NCBI GenBank assembly: GCA_965238005.1
Contig: OZ250165.1
Span: 3,584,001-3,648,000, forward strand
DNA length: 64,000 nt
Reading direction: 5' to 3'
From: Longimicrobiales bacterium
GTDB taxonomy: Bacteria > Gemmatimonadota > Gemmatimonadetes > Longimicrobiales > Gaopeijiaceae
Below are positions 18,863-29,400 of the stretch, one piece after another. Positions within the stretch are counted from its first letter, which is position 1, and each line of letters begins with the position of its first letter. Below the pieces are notes generated by a model. It was not told the DNA's origin and did no database searches. It saw only the letters and a program-made list of their open reading frames with translations. A program made the position numbers and the translations under genes.

Positions 18863-20488
18863 ATGGGTGACCTCTCCGACGATCTCCTACTGGTCACACG
18901 ACACAAGCTCCAAATCGTCGGTCGCCGCTTCGCAGACAACGTACGCAACACCCTTGAAGGGAAGATGGCTCTGATCGTCATGTTGGCCGCCCCCTTCTTG
19001 ATGAAGAGCATGCTGGGGTCCGCGTCCCTGCGGGCCGCAAACGCCAGCCGCGGGGCGGCCGGCGTCATACTCGCGCTCGCCCACGCCGCGACCGTCGTTG
19101 CGCTGATTCTGGGCGTTGCCGCACGCACCGCTCGCTCACTGATCGTCGAGTATCAAGAGGAGCCGCTGGCTCTTTACCCGGGTGGGAGGCGTGGTCTCGC
19201 TGCCTATGACCTGTGGGGAGAAGTGGCGGCGACCGGCCTCTGGCTCCTCTTCTTCTTCTATCTCTTCTACGGCGCCTTGATTTATGGCCTGGCGACTCAT
19301 CCGCTCCTGGTCCTGCCCATGCATCTCCTTGCGCACTTTCTGGTGCTGGGCGCCCTCGGAGCACTGGCCTACCGCTTGACCCTTCGGATCCTGGAGAGAC
19401 GGCCGGCGATGGGCCGATCTCTCTACATCGGGACCAGTGCCGGCGCTGTGCTCGCGTTCCTCGCCGTAGTCGGGTCGGCGACACTTCTCGAAGATGTCCC
19501 GCCCGGGGTGATGGCCCAGCTGGGGGTGTGGTTCGACGGGGCCGCCGTTTTCTATCCTCCGCTCGCTGCGCTGGTCCAACCGACGAACAATCTCCTTGGC
19601 CCGCTGATGTGGGTAGCCGGCGTCGTGGCTGCTCCCGCTGTCGCGCTGAAGGCGGCCGGCCCACTGATGCGCGAGCCGAGTCCCCTGCTGCTGGGCGAGG
19701 TCGGAGCGCCGCCAGAGCGCCGCTTCACGAGCACCTTTCGGACACAGTGGCACCCCAAGGCCCGTGGTATGGCCGGCATTCGCCTGTTCTTCCTGAAGGA
19801 CATCCTTCTTCCCACGACCCGGAATCCCCGCCGCTTCCTCACCAGACAGTGGACCCTGCTCGCCCTTGCCGTGACGGGACCTGTCGTGATGTGGCAACTC
19901 CGCCGTGAGGGGCGCGTGAGCGAGATCGCGGCGGAGGCCGCCTTGTGGGGAGTGGTGATGGCGCTTCCATCGGTCGCCGCCTACTTGAGCGGGCTCGGCT
20001 CGCTCGGACGGGAGGGGCCGGAATTGGCGCTGATTCGTACATTCCTCCGGCCAGCCACGCTGTGGGGCTACAAGGTGCTTCCGGTCCTAGCTGCCGTGGT
20101 GCCGTACGGACTCGTCTACGGAGCCATCACGGGAGCCACCGCCGCTGGGCTGGCCCTCGAGCCGGGACCGTTGCAGTCAGCGGGCGTGGGTGGACTGACC
20201 GGAGTCGTCGCCGCCGTGAATGCGGTCGCTCTGGGGTTCCTGTCCCCCGACTTTGGACGCCGGAGCGTGCTCGCAACGGGTGCGTCAAGGACCGCACGGC
20301 GACTGTTCGAGATCATGGCCCTCTACGGCATTGGGGTCGGCGTCGTCACGCGTGTCATGACCCGCACGGAAGTGCTGCCCGCCGAGGTGTTCGCCGTGAC
20401 CCTGGTCACCACGGCGGGCTTGGGCGTGACGATGGGGGGGATCATCACCTTCTTGGCCCTTCGTCGACTCCCCTTCCTGGAGACTTGA
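18863..20488 (+). CDS. Multi-pass ABC exporter permease (ABC-2-like)
   Basis: About 12-14 hydrophobic segments, FFLKD..RNPR and SLGREG motifs; directly followed by an ABC ATPase. Confidence 0.72.
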   Translation: MGDLSDDLLLVTRHKLQIVGRRFADNVRNTLEGKMALIVMLAAPFLMKSMLGSASLRAANASRGAAGVILALAHAATVVALILGVAARTARSLIVEYQEEPLALYPGGRRGLAAYDLWGEVAATGLWLLFFFYLFYGALIYGLATHPLLVLPMHLLAHFLVLGALGALAYRLTLRILERRPAMGRSLYIGTSAGAVLAFLAVVGSATLLEDVPPGVMAQLGVWFDGAAVFYPPLAALVQPTNNLLGPLMWVAGVVAAPAVALKAAGPLMREPSPLLLGEVGAPPERRFTSTFRTQWHPKARGMAGIRLFFLKDILLPTTRNPRRFLTRQWTLLALAVTGPVVMWQLRREGRVSEIAAEAALWGVVMALPSVAAYLSGLGSLGREGPELALIRTFLRPATLWGYKVLPVLAAVVPYGLVYGAITGATAAGLALEPGPLQSAGVGGLTGVVAAVNAVALGFLSPDFGRRSVLATGASRTARRLFEIMALYGIGVGVVTRVMTRTEVLPAEVFAVTLVTTAGLGVTMGGIITFLALRRLPFLET

Positions 20489-20489
20489 G

Positions 20490-21257
20490 ATGACGGACGC
20501 ACCGTCCATAAGAATCGACCGGCTCACCAAGAGTTTCGGCCCGGTGCTGGCCGTCTCCCAGTTGAGCATGACCGTCGATGCGGGTGAGATCGTCTGCTTC
20601 CTGGGCCCAAACGGCGCAGGCAAGACGACGACCATCGCCACTATCATAGGTCTCAAGAGACCCACAGCCGGTGACGTGTTCATCAACGGCGTGAGCCTGC
20701 GTGCGCCGAACGTCGAATCAGTCCGTAGAAGTATCGGCTATCTGCCGGAGCAACCGGTGTTGTACGACTATCTCACGGGTCGGGAGTTCGTCCAGTTCTT
20801 CGGCCAGCTTTACCGAGCGGACAGGGCATTGGACAGCTGGCTGGACGATCGGCTGGCCGCCCTACAGATGAGTGAGCACGCGGATCGGCTGATCAAGGGC
20901 TACTCGGCGGGAATGAGGAAGAAGATCTCCTTCCTCACGGCCCTGGTACATCAGCCCGACATCCTGATCTTCGATGAGCCCACCGGCGCGCTGGACGCTC
21001 TCAGCGCCCGCATCGTCAAAGATGAAATGGTCGCCGCCCGGGAGAGAGGCTCGCTGGTCTTCTTCACGACTCATGTCATGGAGATCGGGGAGCGCCTCGC
21101 GGACCGAATCGTCATTATCAGTAACGGACAACTCGTAGCAAACGGGACACTCACCGAGCTGCGGATGGCACACGGCCGAGAGACCGGCGAATCACTCGAG
21201 AGTCTCTTCCTCCGCCTGATTCAACTGACGGGGTCCCGAGCAGGCCACAGCGAATGA
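20490..21257 (+). CDS. ABC transporter ATP-binding protein
   Basis: Walker A GPNGAGKTT, signature YSAGMRKK, Walker B IFDEPTGALD, TTH switch. Confidence 0.95.
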   Translation: MTDAPSIRIDRLTKSFGPVLAVSQLSMTVDAGEIVCFLGPNGAGKTTTIATIIGLKRPTAGDVFINGVSLRAPNVESVRRSIGYLPEQPVLYDYLTGREFVQFFGQLYRADRALDSWLDDRLAALQMSEHADRLIKGYSAGMRKKISFLTALVHQPDILIFDEPTGALDALSARIVKDEMVAARERGSLVFFTTHVMEIGERLADRIVIISNGQLVANGTLTELRMAHGRETGESLESLFLRLIQLTGSRAGHSE

Positions 21258-23405
21258 TGCCATCGGCGCTTTCTCGCCTGGCACGACGGTGCGCCCGCAC
21301 CGTGAACCCCCACCCGGTCGTCCGTCAGTACGATCGGGTTGATTGCGGCCCCGCCTGCCTCCTTTCAGTGCTACGGTTCCACGGCGGCGATACCGGGCTC
21401 CCCCGGGTGCGATCCTTGAGTGGCACCGACGCGAGCGGGACCAGCCTCCTTGGGCTCCATCGCGCCGCCGTCGCCCTCGGATTCGAAGCCCGCGGCGCCA
21501 CCGGCGACTACGACAGCCTGCGCAAGGAACGACTGCCGTGTATCGCCCACGTCGTTGTCGAGGGAGCTCAGCACTACGTCGTCGTCTATGATGCCCGAGA
21601 CCGACGGCTGAAGGTGGGCGACCCGGCTCTCGGACCTCGGTGGCTCACGCGTGAGGATTTCGAAGGTATTTGGAGTCAACGAGCCGTCTTGCTCCTACAC
21701 CCCGGCCGGGATCTCCTCCGAGAGCACCCACCTCACTGGTTCCGATGGGTTCTCGGCCGCATCCGCCACGTTCACGGGTGGCTGGTGCAGTCTGTGTTCC
21801 TCGGCGTGATCTACACGATTCTGGGTCTCGCTACAGCGGTCGTGGTTCAGCGGCTGATCGATGACTTCATCGAGATGCGTGACGTGTCGCGGATTCTGTG
21901 GGCCGGTGGGTTTCTTTTTGCCCTCCATGCATTGAGGGGATTGGCCGGATACCTCCGTCAGCGGTTCTTGGTCGGACTCTCCAAGAGAGCCTCGAACGCC
22001 ATCGCATCGGAGTTCCTGGAACACCTGTTCAAGCTTCCCGCTCGTTACTTTGACACGCGAAAGCGTGGAGACATCATCGCACGTCTGCAGGATGCCTCGC
22101 ATATTCAAACCGCGGTCTTGGAGATTCTGGGTAGCACGACCATCGACGTACTCATCACGGTGCTGTCGATGGCTGCCGTCTTCTACTTCTCGCCACCGCT
22201 GGGTTGGATCGCACTGATCCTCCTGGTACCCTACGCCCTCCTCACAGGCACCGCGGCACGACGGATTCATCGGAAGCATCATGCCGCCCTGCGCCTATGG
22301 GCGGCTTCACGCTTCCTACGTCGACGCCATCGAGGGCATCGACTCGATCCGTGGGCTCGGCGTCGGACCGGCCTTCACTCGGCTGAACCTGGCGCTCTTC
22401 GGCCACTTCCAAACCCGGGTCGAGCGGCTCGGACTCACACGTGCCGCGATCGGATTCCGGGTCGAGGGTGTGAGCAGCGCCCTGCTGGCCACGATCCTGA
22501 CCGTCGGCGCCCTTCTAGTGGTGACAGGAGATCTGCGCCTCGGGGCGATGATGGCCGCCTACTCACTCGTTACCGGCACCTTGCCGAGCCTGCAGCGAGT
22601 CATGGAGGGCCTCTTCGCGTTTCAAAGCGGCGGGGCGGCGGCCCAAAGGCTGCAGGACCTCATGCTCACCGCCCCGGAAGAGAGTAGCGGGGAGCGTCCG
22701 TTCCGGATGGGAGTCGACTAGAGGTTGGACGACGCCCGCTTCGAATGGCCCAACGGAGAGCCGGTTCTGAACGGAGCCAGCCTGACACTCCGGCGCGGAC
22801 GGATCACTGGATTGAGCGGAGCGAACGGATCCGGCAAGACCACGCTCGTTCATCTCCTCACGCGGCGCTATCCGCTGAATGGGGGACGTTTGAGAATCGA
22901 CGGCGTAGTGGCGTCGAGGATCGACCTTCAGGCGTATCGTCGGCAGGTAGCCGTCGTTCCAGAGGCCGTGAAGATCTTTCACGGCACTCTTGGTGACAAC
23001 ATCGCACTCGCACGGGAGGAGCTGTCTCGGGAAGAGCTTACTGACCGCCTTCGTGACCTCGCGGTGGGCTCGTTCATCAGTCGGTTCAGGGGGGGACTTG
23101 CCACCATCCTCGGCGAGGACGGGCGTCGCTTGTCTGCCGGTGAGCAGCAGATGATCGGTCTGATACGCGTGCTGCTATGCCGGCCCTCGGTTCTCATCAT
23201 CGACGAGGGCCTGAACGCCCTGGACCCCCGGCTCTACCGGACAGCCATCAGGGCCCTCGCAGCGCACGCCTCCCGAGGAGCGGTTCTTCTCATCTCTCAT
23301 CACCCGTCCGTGTTGGCCCTCGCCGATGAGCAACTCCGCCTCGAAGGGGGCGTCATCACCTCAGTCATGGGGCACGAACCCGGTCCCGACGCCAAGGCGG
23401 CCTGA
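21254..23405 (+). pseudogene. Peptidase-containing ABC transporter (C39 + TMD + NBD), frameshifted and with an in-frame stop
   Basis: QYDRVDCGPACL, HYVVV and GDP C39 motifs; TMD continues in another frame from about 22292; TAG at 22719-22721; then GANGSGKT, LSAGEQQ and IIDEG in the same frame. Confidence 0.88.
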
Positions 23406-23437
23406 GTCCGGTGGCCCGATCGTGGGGAGGTGGCTCC

Positions 23438-24112
23438 GTGCCTATCGACTCCCCCGTCGCGAGCGACCCAGAGTCCCGCGGAATGGCCACTTGGCGCATC
23501 TTCATTCTGATCGCCTGCGTCTGGCTGGCCGTTTCTGCATACACGAATGAGAGGGTGCTCGCGCCGGAGGTGATGGCAGGCGTGGCCAGCCGTACCCCCG
23601 GGGTCGAGATGTCGGTCACGCAGCTCGACCAGCTACGCCGACAAGGACGCTGGGCATACCTGCTGCTTCCCGCGCTCCTGGCGATCCGCGTCGCCGTCGT
23701 GGCCCTGGCACTTCAGTTGTTCTCGATGTTGATGGCGCATCCCCTACCCTACCGCGAGGCATTCCGCGCGGGCCTCTTGGGCTTCGGGGCCGTGATCTAC
23801 GGCACATTCGTTCGGATGCTGAGGCTCGATCTGCTCCCGTCTGGCACCCTCACACGGGAGGAGCTCGCAGTCGTTCCCGATTCGCTGGCGGTCGTGATCT
23901 TGGGAGCGGGAGAGCGTGTCACGGTCCTGTCCGCCGCCTTGGGCCTGGTTAGCCTCCATGACGCCTTCTGGATCGTGGTCGTCTCGGCGTACCTCCATGC
24001 CTTCACCGGCCTGGAGCGCCGTGTGGCCATCGCCATCGCCGTGTCCGGATGGCTGACAGTGGCGCTGGCCCGCCTCGGCGCCCAGGCCTTCATGATCGGA
24101 ATGCTCAACTGA
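23438..24112 (+). CDS. Uncharacterised membrane protein of the bacteriocin-like island (candidate immunity/accessory)
   Basis: About 5 TM segments; GTG at 23438 with GGAGG RBS (alternative ATG at 23483); last gene of the co-directional run. Confidence 0.65.
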   Translation: MPIDSPVASDPESRGMATWRIFILIACVWLAVSAYTNERVLAPEVMAGVASRTPGVEMSVTQLDQLRRQGRWAYLLLPALLAIRVAVVALALQLFSMLMAHPLPYREAFRAGLLGFGAVIYGTFVRMLRLDLLPSGTLTREELAVVPDSLAVVILGAGERVTVLSAALGLVSLHDAFWIVVVSAYLHAFTGLERRVAIAIAVSGWLTVALARLGAQAFMIGMLN

Positions 24113-24248
24113 GCGGTGTCGACACCCGTCGCGCCGCCGAGTTGCCGGCCCCCGTAGCCGCGGTCTCCTTGCCCTCACCGCAACCCGCCTCTACCGTGCC
24201 CATCCACCCACGAGGGCCCTCTCACACTCATTGTCAGAGAAACGTGCC

Positions 24249-24704
24249 ATGAGCATCCGAAAAGTCACAGCCTTCGCTCTCCTCACTCTGATCTCCGCCG
24301 CCGCCACCACCGACCTGTCTGCGCAGGATACCCACACCTACTTCGGCGGGAGCTCCCCGGCCGACGACGGACCACCCTTCAGCGGCGCCGTTCAGGTGGG
24401 CAACACGCTCTATCTCTCCGGAGCCATCGGGCTCGACCCGGGCCAGCAGGTACCGGCCACCGCCGAGGCAGAGGCCACGAACGTCCTGAACAACATCCAG
24501 AGATCCCTGGAAGCCGCCGGCATGACCATGAACGACCTGGTTATGGTGCAGGTGTACAGCTCCGACGTCTCCGACTACGGTGCCTTCAACGGCGTCTACC
24601 GCACCTACTTCACCACCGAGTTTCCGGCCCGGGCCTTCATCGGTGCCGGCACGCTGCTCTTCGGCGCTCGGTTCGAGGTGCTGGGGATCGCCGTAAAGCG
24701 GTAG
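24249..24704 (+). CDS. RidA/YjgF-family protein with signal peptide
   Basis: PFSGAVQVGNTLYLSGAIG, FNGVY..YF..FPARAF and RFEV motifs; hydrophobic N-terminus ending LSA-Q. Confidence 0.88.
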   Translation: MSIRKVTAFALLTLISAAATTDLSAQDTHTYFGGSSPADDGPPFSGAVQVGNTLYLSGAIGLDPGQQVPATAEAEATNVLNNIQRSLEAAGMTMNDLVMVQVYSSDVSDYGAFNGVYRTYFTTEFPARAFIGAGTLLFGARFEVLGIAVKR

Positions 24705-24842
24705 TGGGGCCGACACCTGACGCTCGACATCCCGTGACGCCGAATACACATTAGTTGGCGCAGGGGAGCGGCGTTGGGCCCGTCGGGGCTCACCAAATGG
24801 TCCGGCACATCTCGCACCAGGCCCCTCGCTAGGGGGCACTGG

Positions 24843-26486
24843 ATGCCGAATCTAGAGACAAGGTCGAGCACTCGAATGGGCTCCTGGAGTGGCCCGAGGG
24901 AAGGTCTCCTCACCACTCCCGCGGAACTGGTCCGGGGGCTGGCTCGCGTGAATCTGCCTCTATATGTCGTCGATCACGGCGACACCTTCGCGTTCTCCCA
25001 CGAGGGCACCGTCGAGCTCGGTGGCGATCCCCAGGTGGAAGGCCTCCCTCTCCTGGCCCTGGCCCCCGCATGCAAGCCCCAGCGCCTGGGATCCGCTGGA
25101 TTCGCCCATGACCACGGCGTCCGTTTCTGCTATCTGGCAGGCGCCATGGCGAACGGCATCGGCTCGGTGGAGCTCGTAGAGGCCATGAGCCGAGCGGGCA
25201 TGCTCTCCTTCTTCGGCGCCGCCGGCCTCGGGCCGGATCCTATCGAAGACGCCATTGACCACGTTTCCACCCGCTTGGGCGATCTCCCCTGGGGATTCAA
25301 CCTCATCCACAGCCCGTACGAGCCCAGGCTCGAAGAGGCGGTGGCCGACCTCTACGTGCGCCGCGGCGTGAACCGGGTATCCGCCTCGGCCTATATGGAT
25401 CTCACGCTGCCCCTGGTGCGCTACCGGCTCCACGGGATCCATGCGGACTCGTCGGGCCGCGTGGTGACGCCCCATCGGGTGTTGGCCAAGGTCTCGCGCA
25501 CCGAGGTGGCCCGGAAGTTCTTCGCCCCTGCTCCGGCCAAGATGCTGGCCGAGCTGGCAGCCCGCGGAGACCTCACCGAGGAGCAAGCCCGCATGGCCGA
25601 GACCGTCCCGGTTGCGCAGGACCTGACGGTGGAGGCCGACTCGGGCGGCCACACCGACAACCGGCCCGCCATCACCCTGCTCCCCACCATGCTGGCCCTT
25701 CGAGATCGGCTCCAGGTGGAGCACGACTACGACGCCCCCTTGCGTGTGGGTTCCGCTGGCGGCGTTTCGACGCCACATTCAGTGGCTGCGACGTTCGCCA
25801 TGGGGGCCGATTACGTCCTGACCGGCTCGGTGAACCAGGCGTGTCGCGAGGCCGGAACGTCGGACGCCGTCCGGAAGATGCTGGCCCAGGCGGAGCAGGC
25901 CGACGTGACCATGGCTCCGGCCGCAGACATGTTCGAGATGGGCGTCAGGTTGCAGGTCCTCAAGCGCGGAACGATGTTTCCCATGAGGGCTCACCGCCTG
26001 TATGATCTCTATAGAGCCCACGCGGGCCTCGAAGACATTTCCGAAGACGAACGGCTGAATCTGGAACGGACGATTTTCCGTACGTCGTTGGACGAGATCT
26101 GGGACGAGACGCGACGCTTCTGGGAGGCCCGAGACCCGGCCCAGGTCGAAAAGGCCGAGCGCGATCCGAAGCATCGGATGGCGCTGGTCTTTCGGTGGTA
26201 CATGGGCATGTCGTCCCGCTGGGCGAACCGCGGTGAGCCGGGTCGTGAGATGGACTACCAGGTCTGGTGCGGCCCGGCGATGGGTGCTTTCAACGAGTGG
26301 GTCCGGGGCAGCGTCTTGGAGCCCTGGGAGAGCCGTCGCGTAGTCAGCGTGGCTCACAACATGTTGCATGGTGCTGCGGTCATTACGCGGGCGAACGCTC
26401 TGCGCAGCCAGGGAGTGGAGCTGCCGGCCGAGTGCGTCGACGTCCGCCCCCGCGAACCAGATGAACTCGAGGAACTGCTGTCTTGA
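24843..26486 (+). CDS. pfaD: PfaD-type trans-acting enoyl reductase
   Basis: GAMANGIGS, FNLIHSP, SASAYM, EADSGGHTDNRP, TGSVNQ, MAPAADMFEMG..QVLKRG and DYQVWCGPAMG. Confidence 0.95.
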   Translation: MPNLETRSSTRMGSWSGPREGLLTTPAELVRGLARVNLPLYVVDHGDTFAFSHEGTVELGGDPQVEGLPLLALAPACKPQRLGSAGFAHDHGVRFCYLAGAMANGIGSVELVEAMSRAGMLSFFGAAGLGPDPIEDAIDHVSTRLGDLPWGFNLIHSPYEPRLEEAVADLYVRRGVNRVSASAYMDLTLPLVRYRLHGIHADSSGRVVTPHRVLAKVSRTEVARKFFAPAPAKMLAELAARGDLTEEQARMAETVPVAQDLTVEADSGGHTDNRPAITLLPTMLALRDRLQVEHDYDAPLRVGSAGGVSTPHSVAATFAMGADYVLTGSVNQACREAGTSDAVRKMLAQAEQADVTMAPAADMFEMGVRLQVLKRGTMFPMRAHRLYDLYRAHAGLEDISEDERLNLERTIFRTSLDEIWDETRRFWEARDPAQVEKAERDPKHRMALVFRWYMGMSSRWANRGEPGREMDYQVWCGPAMGAFNEWVRGSVLEPWESRRVVSVAHNMLHGAAVITRANALRSQGVELPAECVDVRPREPDELEELLS

Positions 26487-29400
26487 GCGATCGAAATAAA
26501 GATCGGGCCGCCGCCCAGTCACCCATAGCCATCGTCGGCATCGCCTGCGTGTTCCCGAAGGCTGGCGGTTTGCACGACTATTGGGCAAACGTGCGTGACG
26601 GCGTCGACGCCATCACCGAGATCCCTGAATCAGCCTGGAAGACATCGGAGTACTACGACGCCGATCCCAAGGCGCCCGACATGACCTACGGACGCCGCGG
26701 CGGCTTCATCGATCCCATCGACTTCGAGCCGATGGCCTTCGGCATCTCACCTCGGGACTTGGAAGCCACCGACACCACGCAGCTGCTGGGCCTTCATGTG
26801 GCCCGTCAGGCGCTTCAGGACGCCGGGTACGGTCCAGACGGCCGGGAGTTCGATCGGGAGAAGACCAGCGTCATCCTCGGGGTGAGCGGAACGTTGCCCC
26901 TGGTCATCCCCTTGGGCGCGCGCCTCGGGCACCCCATCTGGCGGAAGGCGCTGAAGGACGCCGGAGTTGATCCCGAGACCACGGAAGACGTCATCGAGCG
27001 TATCGGCGAAGGCTACGTCCCGTGGCAGGAGAGCTCTTTCCCCGGGCTCCTGGCCAACGTTGTCGCCGGCCGCATCGCCAATCGCCTCGACCTTCACGGC
27101 ACCAACTGCATCGTGGACGCGGCGTGTGCTTCGTCCCTGAGCGCAGTGCATCTCGCGGCCCTCGAGCTCGAGTCGGGACGGGCCGACATGGTCCTGAGCG
27201 GCGGGCTGGACACGTTCAACGACATCTTCATGTACATGTGCTTCTCCAAGACGCCGGCGCTGTCGGCGACGGGGAACGCACGCCCGTTCGACGACCAGGC
27301 GGACGGCACCATGCTGGGTGAGGGCGTAGGGGTTCTGGTGCTCAAGCGGCTCGGGGATGCCGAGCGGGACGGCGACCGCATCTACGCCGTGATCAAGGGC
27401 ATCGGCTCGTCCTCCGACGGAAAGGGGCAGGCCGTCTACGCCCCCGCCCCCGAAGGCCAAGCCCGGGCGCTCAGGGCCGCCTACGAGAACGCGGGCATCC
27501 TCCCCGACACCGTCGAGCTGGCAGAGGCTCACGGAACGGGCACCCGGGTGGGCGACGCCACCGAGGTTAAGGGCCTCACCACCGTCTATCGGGAGGCGAG
27601 CCCGGAGGGAACGTGGTGCGCTCTGGGTTCGGTGAAGTCCATGATCGGCCACACCAAGGCAGCAGCGGGCGCGGCAGGCCTAATCAAGACGGCCATGGCG
27701 CTCCACCACAAGACGCTCCCCCCGACCATCAAGGTGGAGAGCCCGAACGAGGCGGTGGCCCCCGGCGAGACTCCATTCTATGTGAACACCGAGAAGCGGC
27801 CCTGGCTGCCCAAGAGTGGACATCCGCGCCGCGCCGGTGTGAGCGCCTTCGGGTTCGGGGGCAGCAACTTCCACTGCGTGGTGGAGGAGTACGGGTCGAA
27901 GGCCACCGAAGTCGACTGGGATGGACGCGATCAGCTGATCGCCTTCTCCGCCGACGACCGGGAGGCCCTTGCCGCACAGCTGGAGCAGTTCCAGGCCGAG
28001 GGGGACTGGGCCGACATCCGGGGACGGGTGGCGGAGAGTCGCGCCCGCTTCGACGCATCCAAAGAGGTCCGGCTGCTTCTGGTCGCCGAGCGAGACGGCA
28101 CGCCGGTCTGCGACCTCATCGGGATGGCGCTTTCGCAGCTGAAGGACGAGCGATCGTCCTGGGCGATGCCCCAGGGGATCTATTTCGGATCCGGAGCCGC
28201 CAAGGGCAAGTGGGCGGCTTGCTTCCCGGGCCAGGGAGCCCAGTACGTCGGGATGCTCCGGGAGCTGGCGTGCCGCTTCCCTGCCGCGGCGGACACCTTG
28301 GCCGCCGCCGATGAGGTGACGCCGGGCCTGGCCGACCGGATCTATCCGCATCCGGCGTTCGACTACGCCACCCGCTCGCAACAGGAGGACGAGCTCCGCG
28401 CCACCAACACGGCCCAGCCGGCCATCGGCGCCGTAGGCCTGGGCGCCCTCCGGGTGCTCAAGCAGTTCGGCCTCTCCCCCGACGCCACCTGCGGCCACAG
28501 CTACGGCGAGCTCGTAGCGTTGTGCGCGGCGGGTCGGCTCCGGCCCATGGAGCTGTACCAGCTCTCACGCCGCCGAGGTGAGCTCATGGCGACCGGCGAC
28601 GGAGATCACGGTTCGATGCTGGCCGTGGCCGCCGAGCTGGAGTGGGTGAAGCAGTTCTTGCGCACCCACGATCTCGATCTGGTCGTCGCGAACCACAACG
28701 CCCCCGAACAGGCCGTGCTCTCCGGCGTCACGTACGAGATCGAGCGTGCCCAGGATCTCCTGTCACGAGAAGGCGTGCGAGTGAAGCGCCTCGCGGTGGC
28801 CGCCGCCTTCCACAGCAGCCTGGTGGCCCAGGCGGGAGCGCCCTTCGCTGAGAGCCTTACGAGCATCGAGCTCACGGGGAGCGACGTGACCGTGTACGCC
28901 AACGCCACCGGCGCCGCGTATCCCGAGCGCTCGACGGACGCCCGCGAACTGTTGGCCAGCCAGCTCACCTCACCGGTGGAGTTCGTGGCCTGTGTGAGGT
29001 CCATGTTCGAGGATGGAGTGCGGACCTTCGTGGAGGTGGGCCCCGGGCGTCGGCTCTCGGCCCTCATCGATGAGATCCTGGCCGGCGAGGACATTACCAC
29101 CGTGGCCCTCGACGCGTCCTCGGGCCGGAGAGCCGGGCTAGTCGACCTGGCCCGCACGCTGGCCCAGTTGGCCGCCGACGGCCACGCCGTGGCGTTGGAC
29201 CGTTGGGACGACGGGGCCCTCGATGCATGGAGGCGCAGGATCGCCCGCGGTAAGCCGACCATGACCGTTCCCATTTCCGGTGTGAACTACGTGGAGCCAC
29301 GACCGAAGCGGCCGCCCAAGGCCGCCACCCCTGCCCCAGCAGCGACGACCCCGGCAGCATCGACCTCGACGACCCCGGCAGCGTCGACTCCAGCGGTGAG

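Noticed and set aside
17512..22721. Amber (TAG) recoding or pyrrolysine, suggested by in-frame TAGs at 17512 and 22719
   Set aside because: Both genes also carry frameshifts, intact genes here end at TAG, and no pyl genes are seen.
18394..24112. Lanthipeptide, sactipeptide or other enzyme-modified RiPP
   Set aside because: No LanM/LanBC, radical SAM, YcaO or other tailoring enzyme lies in the island; action in trans cannot be excluded.
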